Virus record (IMG/VR): IMGVR_UViG_3300032030_000067
Span: 5,955-69,954 of that record
Source: a virus
Taxonomy: Duplodnaviria; Caudoviricetes
Direction: 5' to 3' (one strand)
Length of the DNA stretch: 64,000 nt
Below the pieces are notes generated by a model. It was not told the DNA's origin. It did not search any database and saw only the letters and a list, made by a program, of their open reading frames with translations. Below, in pieces: positions 46,686 through 57,334 of this stretch. Numbering within the stretch: position 1 is the stretch's first letter; the number at the start of each line of letters is the position of its first letter. A program made the translations under genes and the position numbers.

Positions 46686-47165
46686 ATGGACAGTGGCATA
46701 AGGGAGTTTTGTGACGAGCACGGTTACAGCGAGAAGGAGGTTAGTGACATACTGGAGAGTTACTTCAGGATGGTGAGGTGGTGTATAAGTGTTGGAAGCA
46801 GGGAGTTCAAGATCAAGCGTGTGGGTGGTTTCGAGTATATCAACGCTGATGTGATGTTGAAGCATATTAAGAGGTTGCGCAGGAAGATAGAGTACGAGCG
46901 TGAGATTGACTATGATGAGTTGCTGGAGTATGTTGAGAAGGCCAAGGAGAGGCGTGATATCAGGAGGGAGAAGTGCAAGAGGAGTCTGAAGGAGCTGTTT
47001 GCTGCGAGGGGCATGGAGTTTGACGAGGGCATTTATGACGGCACGTCCGGTGAGAACAGTTTCAAGGCTCGCGGGAAGTACAGGATTGAGGAGAGGAAGA
47101 GGCGAAAGAACGATTATAAGAAGACAAGGACAAGTTTAAAAAAGGAAAGAGATGAGAATAAGTGA
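46686..47165 (+). CDS. Possible HU/IHF-like DNA-binding protein
   Basis: N-terminal helices followed by FKIKRVGGF; basic tail. Confidence 0.45.
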   Translation: MDSGIREFCDEHGYSEKEVSDILESYFRMVRWCISVGSREFKIKRVGGFEYINADVMLKHIKRLRRKIEYEREIDYDELLEYVEKAKERRDIRREKCKRSLKELFAARGMEFDEGIYDGTSGENSFKARGKYRIEERKRRKNDYKKTRTSLKKERDENK

Positions 47166-47487
47166 CATTTTTTATTTTGTACAGGGAAATGTGAGGTATT
47201 TCCTTGTTAAGTGCTTCGGGGAGTCCGTATTGCGGGCTCACATAGGGGAGCAGGTTATGATGAGGTTTGCGAATGCTGACCGCGAGTGTTTGTATGGCGG
47301 TGCCTGTAAGATATGCGGTTGCCACATGCCCGCGCTGCTGTATGCTGACAAGAGTTGTGACAAGCCGTGCTATCCGCCTATGATGGGCAAGAGGGAGTGG
47401 ATTGAGTTCAAGATGTACGGTGGTAATGACGAATGGATATTAAGGGGGATGAAACTTAGGAAAGTTGACAAAATATACGAGATATGA
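47152..47487 (+). CDS. Cys-rich hypothetical protein
   Basis: CLYGGACKICGC...CDKPCYP. Confidence 0.65.
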   Translation: MRISDIFYFVQGNVRYFLVKCFGESVLRAHIGEQVMMRFANADRECLYGGACKICGCHMPALLYADKSCDKPCYPPMMGKREWIEFKMYGGNDEWILRGMKLRKVDKIYEI

Positions 47488-47780
47488 GCGCGTTTGTAAG
47501 CAATTTGGTGGTGCTTGGCAAGGTTGTCATGGGACAGGTTCTTGCCGGGCGTTTTGACCTTACGGAAGAGGGTTTGAAGAAAGGAATAAGGAAAATAGAC
47601 ACAGGATGCACTTGCGGAGGCAAGAGCAGAATTTCTGTGGCTAAGGATAACAAAGGTTTTTCGTTCAGGAGTGTGCCTTCAAGGAAGGACGCGGGGAAGA
47701 AGGGTGTTGTGAGGAACATAGTTGTTGAGATGAACGACAGGACAAGGGTTATTGTGGGATTCAAATACGATTTGGCATGA
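47484..47780 (+). CDS. Hypothetical protein
   Basis: 98-aa coupled ORF with GCTC. Confidence 0.6.
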   Translation: MSAFVSNLVVLGKVVMGQVLAGRFDLTEEGLKKGIRKIDTGCTCGGKSRISVAKDNKGFSFRSVPSRKDAGKKGVVRNIVVEMNDRTRVIVGFKYDLA

Positions 47781-48331
47781 GTTTTTTGTTTAGCATAGAG
47801 AACAATGTGTGCAAGCCCAAGGAGGAGGTTCTTCTGATAGAGCCTTTCAGGACTATATGGGAAAAGAGCAAGGACAAGAGTGAGGCGATAAGGCATTTCA
47901 CTGTTATAGAGCTATATACGAGCAAGTTGAAGAGCAATCCGTATAGCGGCTATGATGATGTGACAAGGATAAGGAAGCTCACCGCTGAGCAGTATGGTGT
48001 GGAGATGGACTATGACTCGCTTCCAAAGTTGGTTAAGGACGGGATAGTGAAATTGAACGAGATACAGGAGGAGGGAAGTCCTACATATACATATTACTTG
48101 AGCCAGTTGAGGGCTGTGGAGAAGCTGAAGGAGTTTTTCCTCAACTTTGACCTGAACGAGAGGAACGAGAAGGGCATGCTGATATACAAGCCCAAGGAGA
48201 TAACTTCCGCGCTTGCTGACGCGGACAAGATAACACAGAATCTGACAACATTGAGGGACAAGATAGACCAGGAACTGTTTTCCGTTGCAAGAAGCAAGGG
48301 AGGCAGGGAGGCCAACAGGTATGAGGTATGA
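47777..48331 (+). CDS. Protein upstream of terL, candidate terminase small subunit
   Basis: 184 aa, overlaps the terL start; function inferred from position. Confidence 0.5.
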   Translation: MSFLFSIENNVCKPKEEVLLIEPFRTIWEKSKDKSEAIRHFTVIELYTSKLKSNPYSGYDDVTRIRKLTAEQYGVEMDYDSLPKLVKDGIVKLNEIQEEGSPTYTYYLSQLRAVEKLKEFFLNFDLNERNEKGMLIYKPKEITSALADADKITQNLTTLRDKIDQELFSVARSKGGREANRYEV

Positions 48332-50484
48332 TAAGGGGAGACAACGGACACTGGTATGACACGGCGGTATTCCGCGAAGAAGCATTGAAATACAGGGCTA
48401 ACGGATACTATTGTGACCACCCCAAGGGCACTTTGGAGTACAACAACTACTGGGACGAGCAGTTGAGAAGGTGCAAGGAAGGGTATATGTATGATGGCCA
48501 GAAGATAACAGGTCATCATTACTTTTATCTTAACTTCTGTAATATCAATATGATAGATGTGTTAGAAAACAATGATGGTGCGGGTACTGTCAAGGAGAGC
48601 AACTTCCCTGACTTTTGGGACTGGGACTACGAGTATTTCTGGTGGCTTGACATAGCGAGGTTCGGTGTGATAGGGAAGTACGCACAGGCGAGGGAGCTTC
48701 TGACAGATGAGGAGATAAGCCTCATTGAGAATAGGGAATACACGGAAGAGGAGTTATTGTCTCTGAAGAAAGATGTTGTCTATAACAGGCTAAAACTGCG
48801 CTTGAGGACACACGACGAGTGGCTTGACGGAGGACACCACATGATAATAGCGAAGTCAAGGCGTAAGGGTTTCTCATATAAGAACACCGCGTTGTGCGTG
48901 AACACATACAACACCGTAAGGAACTCGCAGTGCCTGATAGGTGTCATTGACAAGAAGTATTCTGACGAGGATATGCGTATGATAGGCACATATCTTGATG
49001 TGATAAACGACAATACGGCATGGGGCAAGAGGAGGGAGGTCAAGGACAGGTCTGACTGGAAAAGGGCTTCCTACATAGAGATGAACGCGGAGGGAAAGAC
49101 CGTTGAGAAAGGCTACAAGAGCGAGATAAGGACTGTGAGCTTTCAGGACAACCCTGAGGCTGCCAATGGTAAGTCTCCGTACTACATGCTTTTTGAGGAG
49201 GCTGGTATCTTCAACAACCTCAAGAAGTCATGGGATGCCACGGTTCCTGCATTGAAGGCTGGCAAATATGTTGTGGGACAGGCGATTATATTTGGTACTG
49301 GTGGTGTGATTTCAGACAATAACGGAGAGTTTTCCGATATGTTCTACGATCCTATGACCTATAACATGATGCCTTTCCAGAACGTGTGGGATGAGGGTTG
49401 CTCGGGAGACTGGTGCGGGTTCTTCTTTTCCGCCACATACAATCTTGAAGGTTTCTATGACAGACAGGGCAACTCTGACATGGAAGGTTCTCTTGACTGG
49501 CTCAATAAGGAGAGAAAGAGGCTCTTGGAGAATGCGAGGACAATAGAGGCGTATAACGGTTTTGTAATACAGTTCCCGATATGTCCGAAGGAGTCCTTCA
49601 AGACAAGCGGAAGGAACATATTCAACATACCCTCGCTTGAAACGCAGTTGAGCAAGGTAAGGGCTGAAAAGCTGATGCTCAAGAAAGGCACTTGCGTGAA
49701 ACTTGAATACACGGATGATGGCAAGAAGGTAAAGGCAAAACCGATATTGAGCGGCAATGCAAATCCGATATTGGAGTACAGGCCGAAGAATTCATCGCTT
49801 GTAGGATGTCCTATCATATACGAGTACCCTGTGAACGACCCTCCTTTCGGACTTTACAAGATAGGATATGACCCTTACGCGCAGGAACATGCTACAACTG
49901 ATTCATTATCAGCGATATTCGTGTATAAGGGAATATTGAGGGGCAATTCTACGAGGAACATCATAGTTGCGGAGTATGTGGGAAGGCCTGAGACTGCAGA
50001 TCAGAGTGATGAGATAGCATTGAAACTTGCGATACTCTACAATACTGCGGTAATGTTCGAGAACAACGTGAACCACACACAGGCTTATTTCAGCAGAAAG
50101 CACCAGTTGAACAGGTTGTGCCTGCAGCCTGACAGGGTTATCAGCAAGAACATAAAGGGCAGCAAGGTTGCTCGTAAGTTCGGCTGTCATCTTGACGGGA
50201 AGATGAAGACCGCAGGTGAGGAGTATCTTAAGGAATACCTTATGTCGGTGATAGACTATGATGAGAATGGTGATGAGGTTACGGCTGTGGACTACATATA
50301 CAGTATAGGGCTTCTTGAAGAACTGATAAAATACTACAGGGACGGGAACTTTGACCGTGTGTGCGCATTGTTCCAGATAATGTTCCAGTTGCAGGACGAG
50401 GAGCTCGAGCACGAGTTTACGACAAACAGGACAAACAACAGGATAGAGGAATTAAGGAAATTGGAATTATTTAAAAGAGCTTAA
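48328..50484 (+). CDS. terL: Terminase large subunit
   Basis: KSRRKGFSY (Walker A), LFEEAG (Walker B), IFGTGG, IGYDPY nuclease motif, GNFDRV. Confidence 0.92.
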   Translation: MIRGDNGHWYDTAVFREEALKYRANGYYCDHPKGTLEYNNYWDEQLRRCKEGYMYDGQKITGHHYFYLNFCNINMIDVLENNDGAGTVKESNFPDFWDWDYEYFWWLDIARFGVIGKYAQARELLTDEEISLIENREYTEEELLSLKKDVVYNRLKLRLRTHDEWLDGGHHMIIAKSRRKGFSYKNTALCVNTYNTVRNSQCLIGVIDKKYSDEDMRMIGTYLDVINDNTAWGKRREVKDRSDWKRASYIEMNAEGKTVEKGYKSEIRTVSFQDNPEAANGKSPYYMLFEEAGIFNNLKKSWDATVPALKAGKYVVGQAIIFGTGGVISDNNGEFSDMFYDPMTYNMMPFQNVWDEGCSGDWCGFFFSATYNLEGFYDRQGNSDMEGSLDWLNKERKRLLENARTIEAYNGFVIQFPICPKESFKTSGRNIFNIPSLETQLSKVRAEKLMLKKGTCVKLEYTDDGKKVKAKPILSGNANPILEYRPKNSSLVGCPIIYEYPVNDPPFGLYKIGYDPYAQEHATTDSLSAIFVYKGILRGNSTRNIIVAEYVGRPETADQSDEIALKLAILYNTAVMFENNVNHTQAYFSRKHQLNRLCLQPDRVISKNIKGSKVARKFGCHLDGKMKTAGEEYLKEYLMSVIDYDENGDEVTAVDYIYSIGLLEELIKYYRDGNFDRVCALFQIMFQLQDEELEHEFTTNRTNNRIEELRKLELFKRA

Positions 50485-50486
50485 AA

Positions 50487-53030
50487 ATGGAAGACAGACA
50501 AGGTTATCTGGTAGGTCAGCGACTTACCGAGCGTCAGAAGCGGGCTGACGGAAAGAAATGGTTCAAGGAGAACATAGACCGCACAAGGATGGAGTTTGAC
50601 GGAAGGTTCTACCCTTCTGAATTCAACGAGGACACTTTCGGAAGATTCGAGGGTGACTACAGATATAGGGACATGAAGATAAACTATGACCTGTATGACG
50701 GAAAGATTCAGAGAGAGGACTTCAAGTATATCTATGCTCCGTACGGCGGTGATATGGAACAGCCCGTTGATTTCACGAACAAGGACATCATAGGAAAGAG
50801 GATAAACGCCATTGACGGTATGGAAAGGCAAAGGCAGTTCTCTTTCCGTGTGAACGCCATAAATCCCGAGGCTTCTACAAGAAGGGAGGACGAAGAGTTC
50901 AATATGATAAGGGAGTTCGTGATACAGCAGATTATGAAACCCATTGAGGAGGAGGAAAGGCAGAAAGCTGAACAGCAGATGGGACAGGCCCAAATGCAGT
51001 TGCAGCAGTTACAGGCAAGCGGTGCTTCGCAAGAGGAGATACAACAGGCACAGCAGCAGATGCAGCAAGCCCAGCAGCAGTTGGAACAGCAGGTTCAGCA
51101 ACAGGTTGAGGCAAGGACTCCGGAACAGGTGAAACTCTATATGAAAAGGGAACATCAGGACCCTGCAGATGTGCTTGGTTCGCAGATATTGCAGTATGTA
51201 AGGCATGATCAGGATGTGAAGGAGAAGTGGAATCTCATAAACAAGGACTTCTGTTGTGTCGGCAGAGCCATAGGCTATGTTGGGGAAAGATACAAAAAGA
51301 CTGTATTTGAGAGAGTCAATCCTCTGACTTTCAGATTTTCAAGAAGCGGAAGCTCACATTACATTGAAGATGGGGAATGGTGTTCATATGAAAGATATCT
51401 CACTCCGAGCGAAGTTACTATGGAGTTTGGTGATGAGCTTTCGGACAAGGACATGAAAGATCTTCTCAACGGAGTGAGAGGGGCTTCTGACACAGACTAT
51501 TACTACAGGGGCTATGAAAAGAGGGATTCCTATGTTGACGGAGGTATAAGGTGCATACACGCTCAATGGAAGGATTCCAAGAAGATAGGGTTCCTTACAT
51601 ACACTGATGAGAGTGGGGAGGAGCAGATGACCATAGTGAGCGACGAGTACAAGATGAATCCAGAGGCAGGTGACATAAATATTGAATGGGAATGGGTTGC
51701 CTGTGTCTATGAGGGCTACAAGCTTGGTGCTGACAAATATGTTAAAATGAGGGAAGTTCCCGGTCAGTTTGATGATATAAACAACTTGAACAATCGTGAG
51801 AAGTGCAAACTGTCCTATGTTGGAGTATGGGTTGACGCCTCGCTTATTGACAGAATGAGATACTATCAGTTCCTGTACAGTATTATATGGTACAGAATTG
51901 AAATGCTTATGGCCAAGGATAAGGGCAAGTCTGTAGGTATGAACATAGATATGGTTGACGACAATATGGGCTTGCAGAAGTTCTTGGAATATGCGGAGAA
52001 TGTGGGTATATTCTTCTTCAGTGGAAACACGAAGGACGGTGACAAGGCAAGCCCTATGAACATAGGCGAGTCAATCAAGGAGGTTGACAGGGGCATGGGT
52101 TCTGACATCAAGCAGTATATGGACTTGGCCGAATACATAGACATAAAGTGCGGCGAGTGTGTAGGCATTAACCAGCAGATTCTCGGTAATGTACAGCAGA
52201 ATGAGGCTGTGACAAACGCACAGATGGCTGTGACTAACGGTGCTACGGTTCTTGAACATCATTTCAGTATGTTCAACCATTTCAAACAGAGAACATTACA
52301 GGCTATGATAGAATGTGCGAAGGATGTGTTCATGAAATATCAGCCCGAGGTTATGCAATATGTTCTTGACGATTTCACTGTTGAGTTGCTGAAGCCTGAC
52401 TATGATTTGCTTGACCAGTCAACCTACGGCATTGTGATAGACAATTCCGTCAAGTCAAACCAGATACTTGACACTGTTGTGCAGCTGATACAGCCCGCAA
52501 TGCAGAACCAGAAGATAGAGTTGAGCGATGTTGTCAAGGTTCTCAAGGCGGAGAGCGTGCAAGAGGCTGAGGAGATTCTTCTCAAGGCGGAGGATGATAG
52601 GAAAGCCTACGAGCAACAAATGCAGCAGCAACAGGCACAGAACGAACAGGAGGCTCAGAGACAGAAACTTGAAGCGCAAATGCAACTTGTACAGGCACAG
52701 AACCAAGCCAAGATGGAGCAGATAAAACTGCAAGGGGAGTATGATTTGAGGCTCAAGGAGATGGATTTGCAGAGACAGACACTGCTTGCATTGGGATTCA
52801 GCGACCAGAAAGACCTCAACGAGAACAAGGTTCCCGATGTGTATGAGTACATGAAGATGATGTTGGAGCAGTACAAGTCAAACCAGAAGGACAGGGAGCT
52901 TGACCAGAAGGAGAGGAAGCAGCGTCTTGACGAGGAATCCTTGGCTCACAAGAAGGATTTTGACGACAAAAAGCTCCAACTTGAGAAGGAAAAGATTCAG
53001 AAAATGGCTCAAAAATCGAAAAATTCATAA
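50487..53030 (+). CDS. Portal protein
   Basis: 847 aa directly after terL; INYDLYDG motif; coiled-coil C-terminus; crAss gene order. Confidence 0.85.
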   Translation: MEDRQGYLVGQRLTERQKRADGKKWFKENIDRTRMEFDGRFYPSEFNEDTFGRFEGDYRYRDMKINYDLYDGKIQREDFKYIYAPYGGDMEQPVDFTNKDIIGKRINAIDGMERQRQFSFRVNAINPEASTRREDEEFNMIREFVIQQIMKPIEEEERQKAEQQMGQAQMQLQQLQASGASQEEIQQAQQQMQQAQQQLEQQVQQQVEARTPEQVKLYMKREHQDPADVLGSQILQYVRHDQDVKEKWNLINKDFCCVGRAIGYVGERYKKTVFERVNPLTFRFSRSGSSHYIEDGEWCSYERYLTPSEVTMEFGDELSDKDMKDLLNGVRGASDTDYYYRGYEKRDSYVDGGIRCIHAQWKDSKKIGFLTYTDESGEEQMTIVSDEYKMNPEAGDINIEWEWVACVYEGYKLGADKYVKMREVPGQFDDINNLNNREKCKLSYVGVWVDASLIDRMRYYQFLYSIIWYRIEMLMAKDKGKSVGMNIDMVDDNMGLQKFLEYAENVGIFFFSGNTKDGDKASPMNIGESIKEVDRGMGSDIKQYMDLAEYIDIKCGECVGINQQILGNVQQNEAVTNAQMAVTNGATVLEHHFSMFNHFKQRTLQAMIECAKDVFMKYQPEVMQYVLDDFTVELLKPDYDLLDQSTYGIVIDNSVKSNQILDTVVQLIQPAMQNQKIELSDVVKVLKAESVQEAEEILLKAEDDRKAYEQQMQQQQAQNEQEAQRQKLEAQMQLVQAQNQAKMEQIKLQGEYDLRLKEMDLQRQTLLALGFSDQKDLNENKVPDVYEYMKMMLEQYKSNQKDRELDQKERKQRLDEESLAHKKDFDDKKLQLEKEKIQKMAQKSKNS

Positions 53031-53151
53031 CAAAAATGAATGGCGCTCGTGGAAAAAAAACGCGTTTGGTGCCATATTATATTCAAAAACGGATTTCATA
53101 AAAAACATTAAAATTCAAATCAAAGATTAATTTAATTTAAATTTGCAACGT

Positions 53152-54210
53152 ATGGAAAACAATGTAGAAACTTTGGACAAGTTTGAGTTTGAAACTCAGG
53201 AAGGAATCAATGACTGGTTTGAGGACACTTCTAAGGCTGAAAACAAGCCCGCAGAGGAGCCCAAACAGCAGCCTGCGGACACTGGTGAAGGCACAACGGA
53301 GAAAGCATCGCAGGCCGAAGAAAAACCGCAAGAGGAGACTCCTACAGAGGATTCGTACTACACGGACCTGTACAGGAACTTTCGGGAATTGGGTGTGGTT
53401 GAAGAGGACTATAACCTTCCCGAAGGCAATCTTACCAGCGAGGACCTTTTAAGCATTCTCAACGAGGAGAAGAAAAGAGGTGCGCAAAAGTATTATGAGG
53501 AGAACATCTGGAGCAAGATAGCCGACGACAAGGATGCTGCTGATTTCATCAAGTACAAGATGCAAGGTGGAAAGACCAGCGAGTTCTTCAAACTTTACGG
53601 GAAACAGGCTGAATTTGACTTTGAGGGTGACATTACCAATGAGAGATACCAGGATGCTGTAATCAGGAAATATCTCACGGAACATGACGGCATGACACAG
53701 GAAGAGGTTGAGGAGCAGCTTGAAATGCTTGAGACAAGCGGTAAGAAAGAGAAGTATGCCAAGAGATACCATGAGATGATGCTCCGTGACTTTGACACGC
53801 AGAAGTCATTGCTTCAGAAACAGAAGGAGATTGAGGAGCAGAAACGTCAGGAGGCATACAAACAGTGGAATGACACGGTTATCAACGAGATCAACTCCAC
53901 ACAGGATATCTATGGAATGAAACTCGACAAGAAGCGCAGGGAAAGCCTGTACAAGGAACTGACACAGCCTCTTGAACTGCAGGATGGGAGTATAACAACA
54001 CCTTTGTACTACAGGCTTAACAATGTGCTTGCAGATCCTAAGAAGATGCTCGTACTTGCAGACCTTCTTATGAACGACCTTAACATTGACAAGTACAAGG
54101 CGGGAGTAAAGACACAGGTGGCAAAGGAAATCAGAAGGGATTTGCAGTTTAACAGAACCTCATCAAAAAAACAGTCTGGCAATGAACAAGAGACGGACTG
54201 GTTCGATTAA
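53152..54210 (+). CDS. Putative scaffold or head assembly protein
   Basis: Acidic coiled-coil protein between portal and MCP; ATG start chosen over TTG 53143. Confidence 0.6.
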   Translation: MENNVETLDKFEFETQEGINDWFEDTSKAENKPAEEPKQQPADTGEGTTEKASQAEEKPQEETPTEDSYYTDLYRNFRELGVVEEDYNLPEGNLTSEDLLSILNEEKKRGAQKYYEENIWSKIADDKDAADFIKYKMQGGKTSEFFKLYGKQAEFDFEGDITNERYQDAVIRKYLTEHDGMTQEEVEEQLEMLETSGKKEKYAKRYHEMMLRDFDTQKSLLQKQKEIEEQKRQEAYKQWNDTVINEINSTQDIYGMKLDKKRRESLYKELTQPLELQDGSITTPLYYRLNNVLADPKKMLVLADLLMNDLNIDKYKAGVKTQVAKEIRRDLQFNRTSSKKQSGNEQETDWFD

Positions 54211-54242
54211 AAATAATATTGTTAAACACAAATTAAAGTAAG

Positions 54243-55676
54243 ATGAAACTTAATATTGACGCGACAAAACTTATGCCCATGTCAGGAAGCATGACAAATC
54301 TGAACCATCTTGGGTCCGCTTTGTTTGCCAAACCTGAAATGTTTGAGGGCGTATTAGACCAACTTTTTATTACGCAGACACTTTCCGTGCATCCTTTCCT
54401 CAATATGAGCGTAGGTCACGAAAAGATCGTTGAATCCAACGAATGGGAATACAAGGTTCGCGGTGCGAAGACCAGACCCCTTATCCTTCTTGAGACGGTT
54501 AGCGGTACTGGCGCATACGGTCAGATTCTTGAAATGAAATTCGACGAGGAGTTCTGGATGGAAGGTGATGTGATCACTGCTGGTGACCAATTCCACGATA
54601 CGCAGTGCCGTATCATGAAGAACCCCTACAGAAGCGGCAATGGCTGGATTTATGAGGCACAGCTTGTTTCAAAAGACCAAACCCAAACTATTGACGCAAG
54701 ATTCTTGCAGGCAGGCACCCCTTGGGCAAAACTGTATTCAACCTACGGTGAGGCTGCTGATAAGGGCGGTTCAAGCGCATTCCCCGGTTCGCTGGCTTTG
54801 AAAGGCCATCTGGGCAAACTGCGTAAGACATACAAGATCACTGACTATGCTGCAGAACAGAAAATCATCGCCATGCGTCTGAAAGACGAGACTGGCAAGT
54901 CCTATGACAGATGGATTCCCTTTGCAGAGGCAGAGGCTGCTAGCAAGTTCAAGGATGAGAAAGAGATTGCATGCTGGTTCAACCATGACGGTTATCTGAT
55001 GCAGGACAACGGCTATCCCGTTGATTCATTCCCTGGCATTATCGCACAAATCCGTGAGAATGGCTGGAAAATGCCCTACACCACTTTGAGCGCAAAGATG
55101 ATTGAATCGTTCGTACAGGATATTTTCTTCGGCAGAAGGGAACCTGTTTTCGGCAAGAGAGAACTCGTTGCTTTCACTGGTAGTGAAGGTTTGATGAAGT
55201 TCAACAAGCTGTTGCAGAGCGAATATGGTAAGAACGGCTGGATGATTGCAAATCCTGATTTCAATCCCGCACAGAAGACCAGCTCTCCGCAACACCCGAA
55301 TGCCTACTCATACGGTTATCAGTTTACTGAATACAAGATGGGCAATGGCGGTCATATCAAACTGGTTTACAATCCGTTGTTTGACTCAATGGAATACAAC
55401 CTTGACCTTGATCCTGTTACCAAGAGACCAAAGGCTTCCTCAATGTTCGTGTTTTTCGATGTTGAAAGCAACAATGGTCTTGGCAACAATGTCCAACTGG
55501 TTGTTAAGAGAAACGGTTACAAGCACGGTTATCACCAAGGTCTTGTTGGTCCTACCGGCCCTGCACAAGGCGGTATGATTGCACACCCCGGTGAATACTA
55601 TTCAGCTGAGTTTTCAAGTGAGTTCGGTATTCAAATCATAGACCCGACCCGTACAGGTCTGATCTATATGCAATAA
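54243..55676 (+). CDS. Major capsid protein
   Basis: 477 aa; position; strongly biased codon usage; followed by a terminator. Confidence 0.85.
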   Translation: MKLNIDATKLMPMSGSMTNLNHLGSALFAKPEMFEGVLDQLFITQTLSVHPFLNMSVGHEKIVESNEWEYKVRGAKTRPLILLETVSGTGAYGQILEMKFDEEFWMEGDVITAGDQFHDTQCRIMKNPYRSGNGWIYEAQLVSKDQTQTIDARFLQAGTPWAKLYSTYGEAADKGGSSAFPGSLALKGHLGKLRKTYKITDYAAEQKIIAMRLKDETGKSYDRWIPFAEAEAASKFKDEKEIACWFNHDGYLMQDNGYPVDSFPGIIAQIRENGWKMPYTTLSAKMIESFVQDIFFGRREPVFGKRELVAFTGSEGLMKFNKLLQSEYGKNGWMIANPDFNPAQKTSSPQHPNAYSYGYQFTEYKMGNGGHIKLVYNPLFDSMEYNLDLDPVTKRPKASSMFVFFDVESNNGLGNNVQLVVKRNGYKHGYHQGLVGPTGPAQGGMIAHPGEYYSAEFSSEFGIQIIDPTRTGLIYMQ

Positions 55677-55693
55677 AAATTAAATTAATTTTC

Positions 55694-55728
55694 AAGGGGA
55701 GAGGGCAAGTCTCCCTCTTCTCTTTTTT
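55694..55728 (+). terminator. Intrinsic terminator after MCP
   Basis: AAGGGGAGAGGG-CAAGTCT-CCCTCTTCTCTTTTTT. Confidence 0.8.
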
Positions 55729-55749
55729 ATAATATAAAATATCACAGAA

Positions 55750-56556
55750 ATGGAAAATTATATTATTGAGGTAAGACCACTTGAGAAGAAGAGGTGGCAC
55801 GGCAAGACGCAGAAGGAATTCCCTTCCGCACCAATGATTGTTGAATGTTATGTCAATCTTGAGAACAGGAAATGGGAGACAGGATTGACGGAAGAGGACA
55901 GAAAGAGATTGCAGAAAATTACAGGATTGGACTTGCACGAGCATTTCATTCCTGACGAGGAGCATCCTTTCTATTCCACGGACAACGGACATGTGAAGCT
56001 CGACTATGACAGGACAAACTATTTTGACATGCGCAGACCCATTGACGAGATTCATGTAAAGATGCTTATGGCAAGTCCTCTTGTGGCCAACTCGCAGTCC
56101 GATTGGGATGAGGGCAAGTGTCCGCAAGCCCAGTTCGTTATTTACGATTCGCGCGAGGAGGTTGAGAAGAAGGCTGAAAAGAGCAAGAAAAGAACGCAGA
56201 TTTACAATCTGTGGTCAAAGATGGACACAACCACAAAGAAACAGGTTGTACAGATTCTGCTCAACCAGAGCATGAAGAACCAGTCTGATGACTATATTGA
56301 CTCCAAGATGGAGGATATCATGTCCACACAGGGCTTTGACAAGGTTCTTGAAGTGTTCAATCAGAGCAAGGCTGACAACTATATGCACTCCCTGATTATC
56401 GACGCTGTTGACAAGAACATCATGCAGTTGAGAGGAGGTGTTTACTATTATATGGATGAGGCTATGGGCGGAATCCATGACACCATGAGATTCTTGCAGG
56501 ATGTGAAGAACAACGCCATTAAGGGACAGATTATTGACAAACTGAATTTGAAATAG
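55750..56556 (+). CDS. Conserved crAss-like protein downstream of MCP
   Basis: 268 aa; position in the head module. Confidence 0.65.
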   Translation: MENYIIEVRPLEKKRWHGKTQKEFPSAPMIVECYVNLENRKWETGLTEEDRKRLQKITGLDLHEHFIPDEEHPFYSTDNGHVKLDYDRTNYFDMRRPIDEIHVKMLMASPLVANSQSDWDEGKCPQAQFVIYDSREEVEKKAEKSKKRTQIYNLWSKMDTTTKKQVVQILLNQSMKNQSDDYIDSKMEDIMSTQGFDKVLEVFNQSKADNYMHSLIIDAVDKNIMQLRGGVYYYMDEAMGGIHDTMRFLQDVKNNAIKGQIIDKLNLK

Positions 56557-56558
56557 AG

Positions 56559-57323
56559 ATGAATATAAAGGAAATGCATTATGACTTCAAGCAGAAGATA
56601 AACAGGGCTGATTCGCAGTCCTACAAGAATCTTCGCGCACCTGAGATTGACTGGTATCTTAACGAGGCACAGTTGGTCTTTGTGAAGTCCATAATGTATC
56701 CCAGACAGAAATATTCTTTGGAGATAACTCCGAGACATATTGATGACCTTAACACATTGGTCTTAAGAAGCAGACCGATGGTTCCCACACCAATCTACGG
56801 GGAGAACAGGTACTTTGTGCCTCTTGTCCCCGACAGAGGTGTGTTTGACTTTATGTACTTCATTGCTGGAGAGGCTAAGGTTCACAACGAAAAATGCAAT
56901 CTTGCAGAGGACACTCCTGATTACAAGATGGCAAGGCTTTTCAGCAGGAAGCACATAGACCTTCACGAGAGGAATGTTTTCTATAACAGTTCCTATGAGT
57001 GGAGGGAAATTAGTGTGGAATTTGAGAAAATACCTGGTGATTTGGCTTACAACATGATACTCTTCACTGACGGTGATTTCGCGAACAAGGGCAGTTTTAT
57101 TATTGATGAGGTTTTTATTGACTACCTGAAGCGACCGAGAGTGCTGTACTATGGTGGGTATAACATGATGAGCGGCAGAACGCCTGAACACCCGCAGGAC
57201 TGCGAGTTGCCCGAACACGTACACAGTGAGGTGGTTGACATAGCGGTGTTGCTGGCTACAGGTGCAATGCAGTTGCCTGATTATCAGACCAAGTTCGAGA
57301 AAATAAAATTAAATAACAATTAA
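56559..57323 (+). CDS. Head-tail adaptor (ring) protein
   Basis: EIDWYLNEAQ...DYLKRP...CELPEHVHSEVVDIAV pattern. Confidence 0.7.
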   Translation: MNIKEMHYDFKQKINRADSQSYKNLRAPEIDWYLNEAQLVFVKSIMYPRQKYSLEITPRHIDDLNTLVLRSRPMVPTPIYGENRYFVPLVPDRGVFDFMYFIAGEAKVHNEKCNLAEDTPDYKMARLFSRKHIDLHERNVFYNSSYEWREISVEFEKIPGDLAYNMILFTDGDFANKGSFIIDEVFIDYLKRPRVLYYGGYNMMSGRTPEHPQDCELPEHVHSEVVDIAVLLATGAMQLPDYQTKFEKIKLNNN

Positions 57324-57334
57324 AATTAAAGACA

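Noticed and set aside
48328-50484. Intein or intron in terL
   Set aside because: Continuous ORF with no intein terminal motifs; only a modest N-terminal insertion
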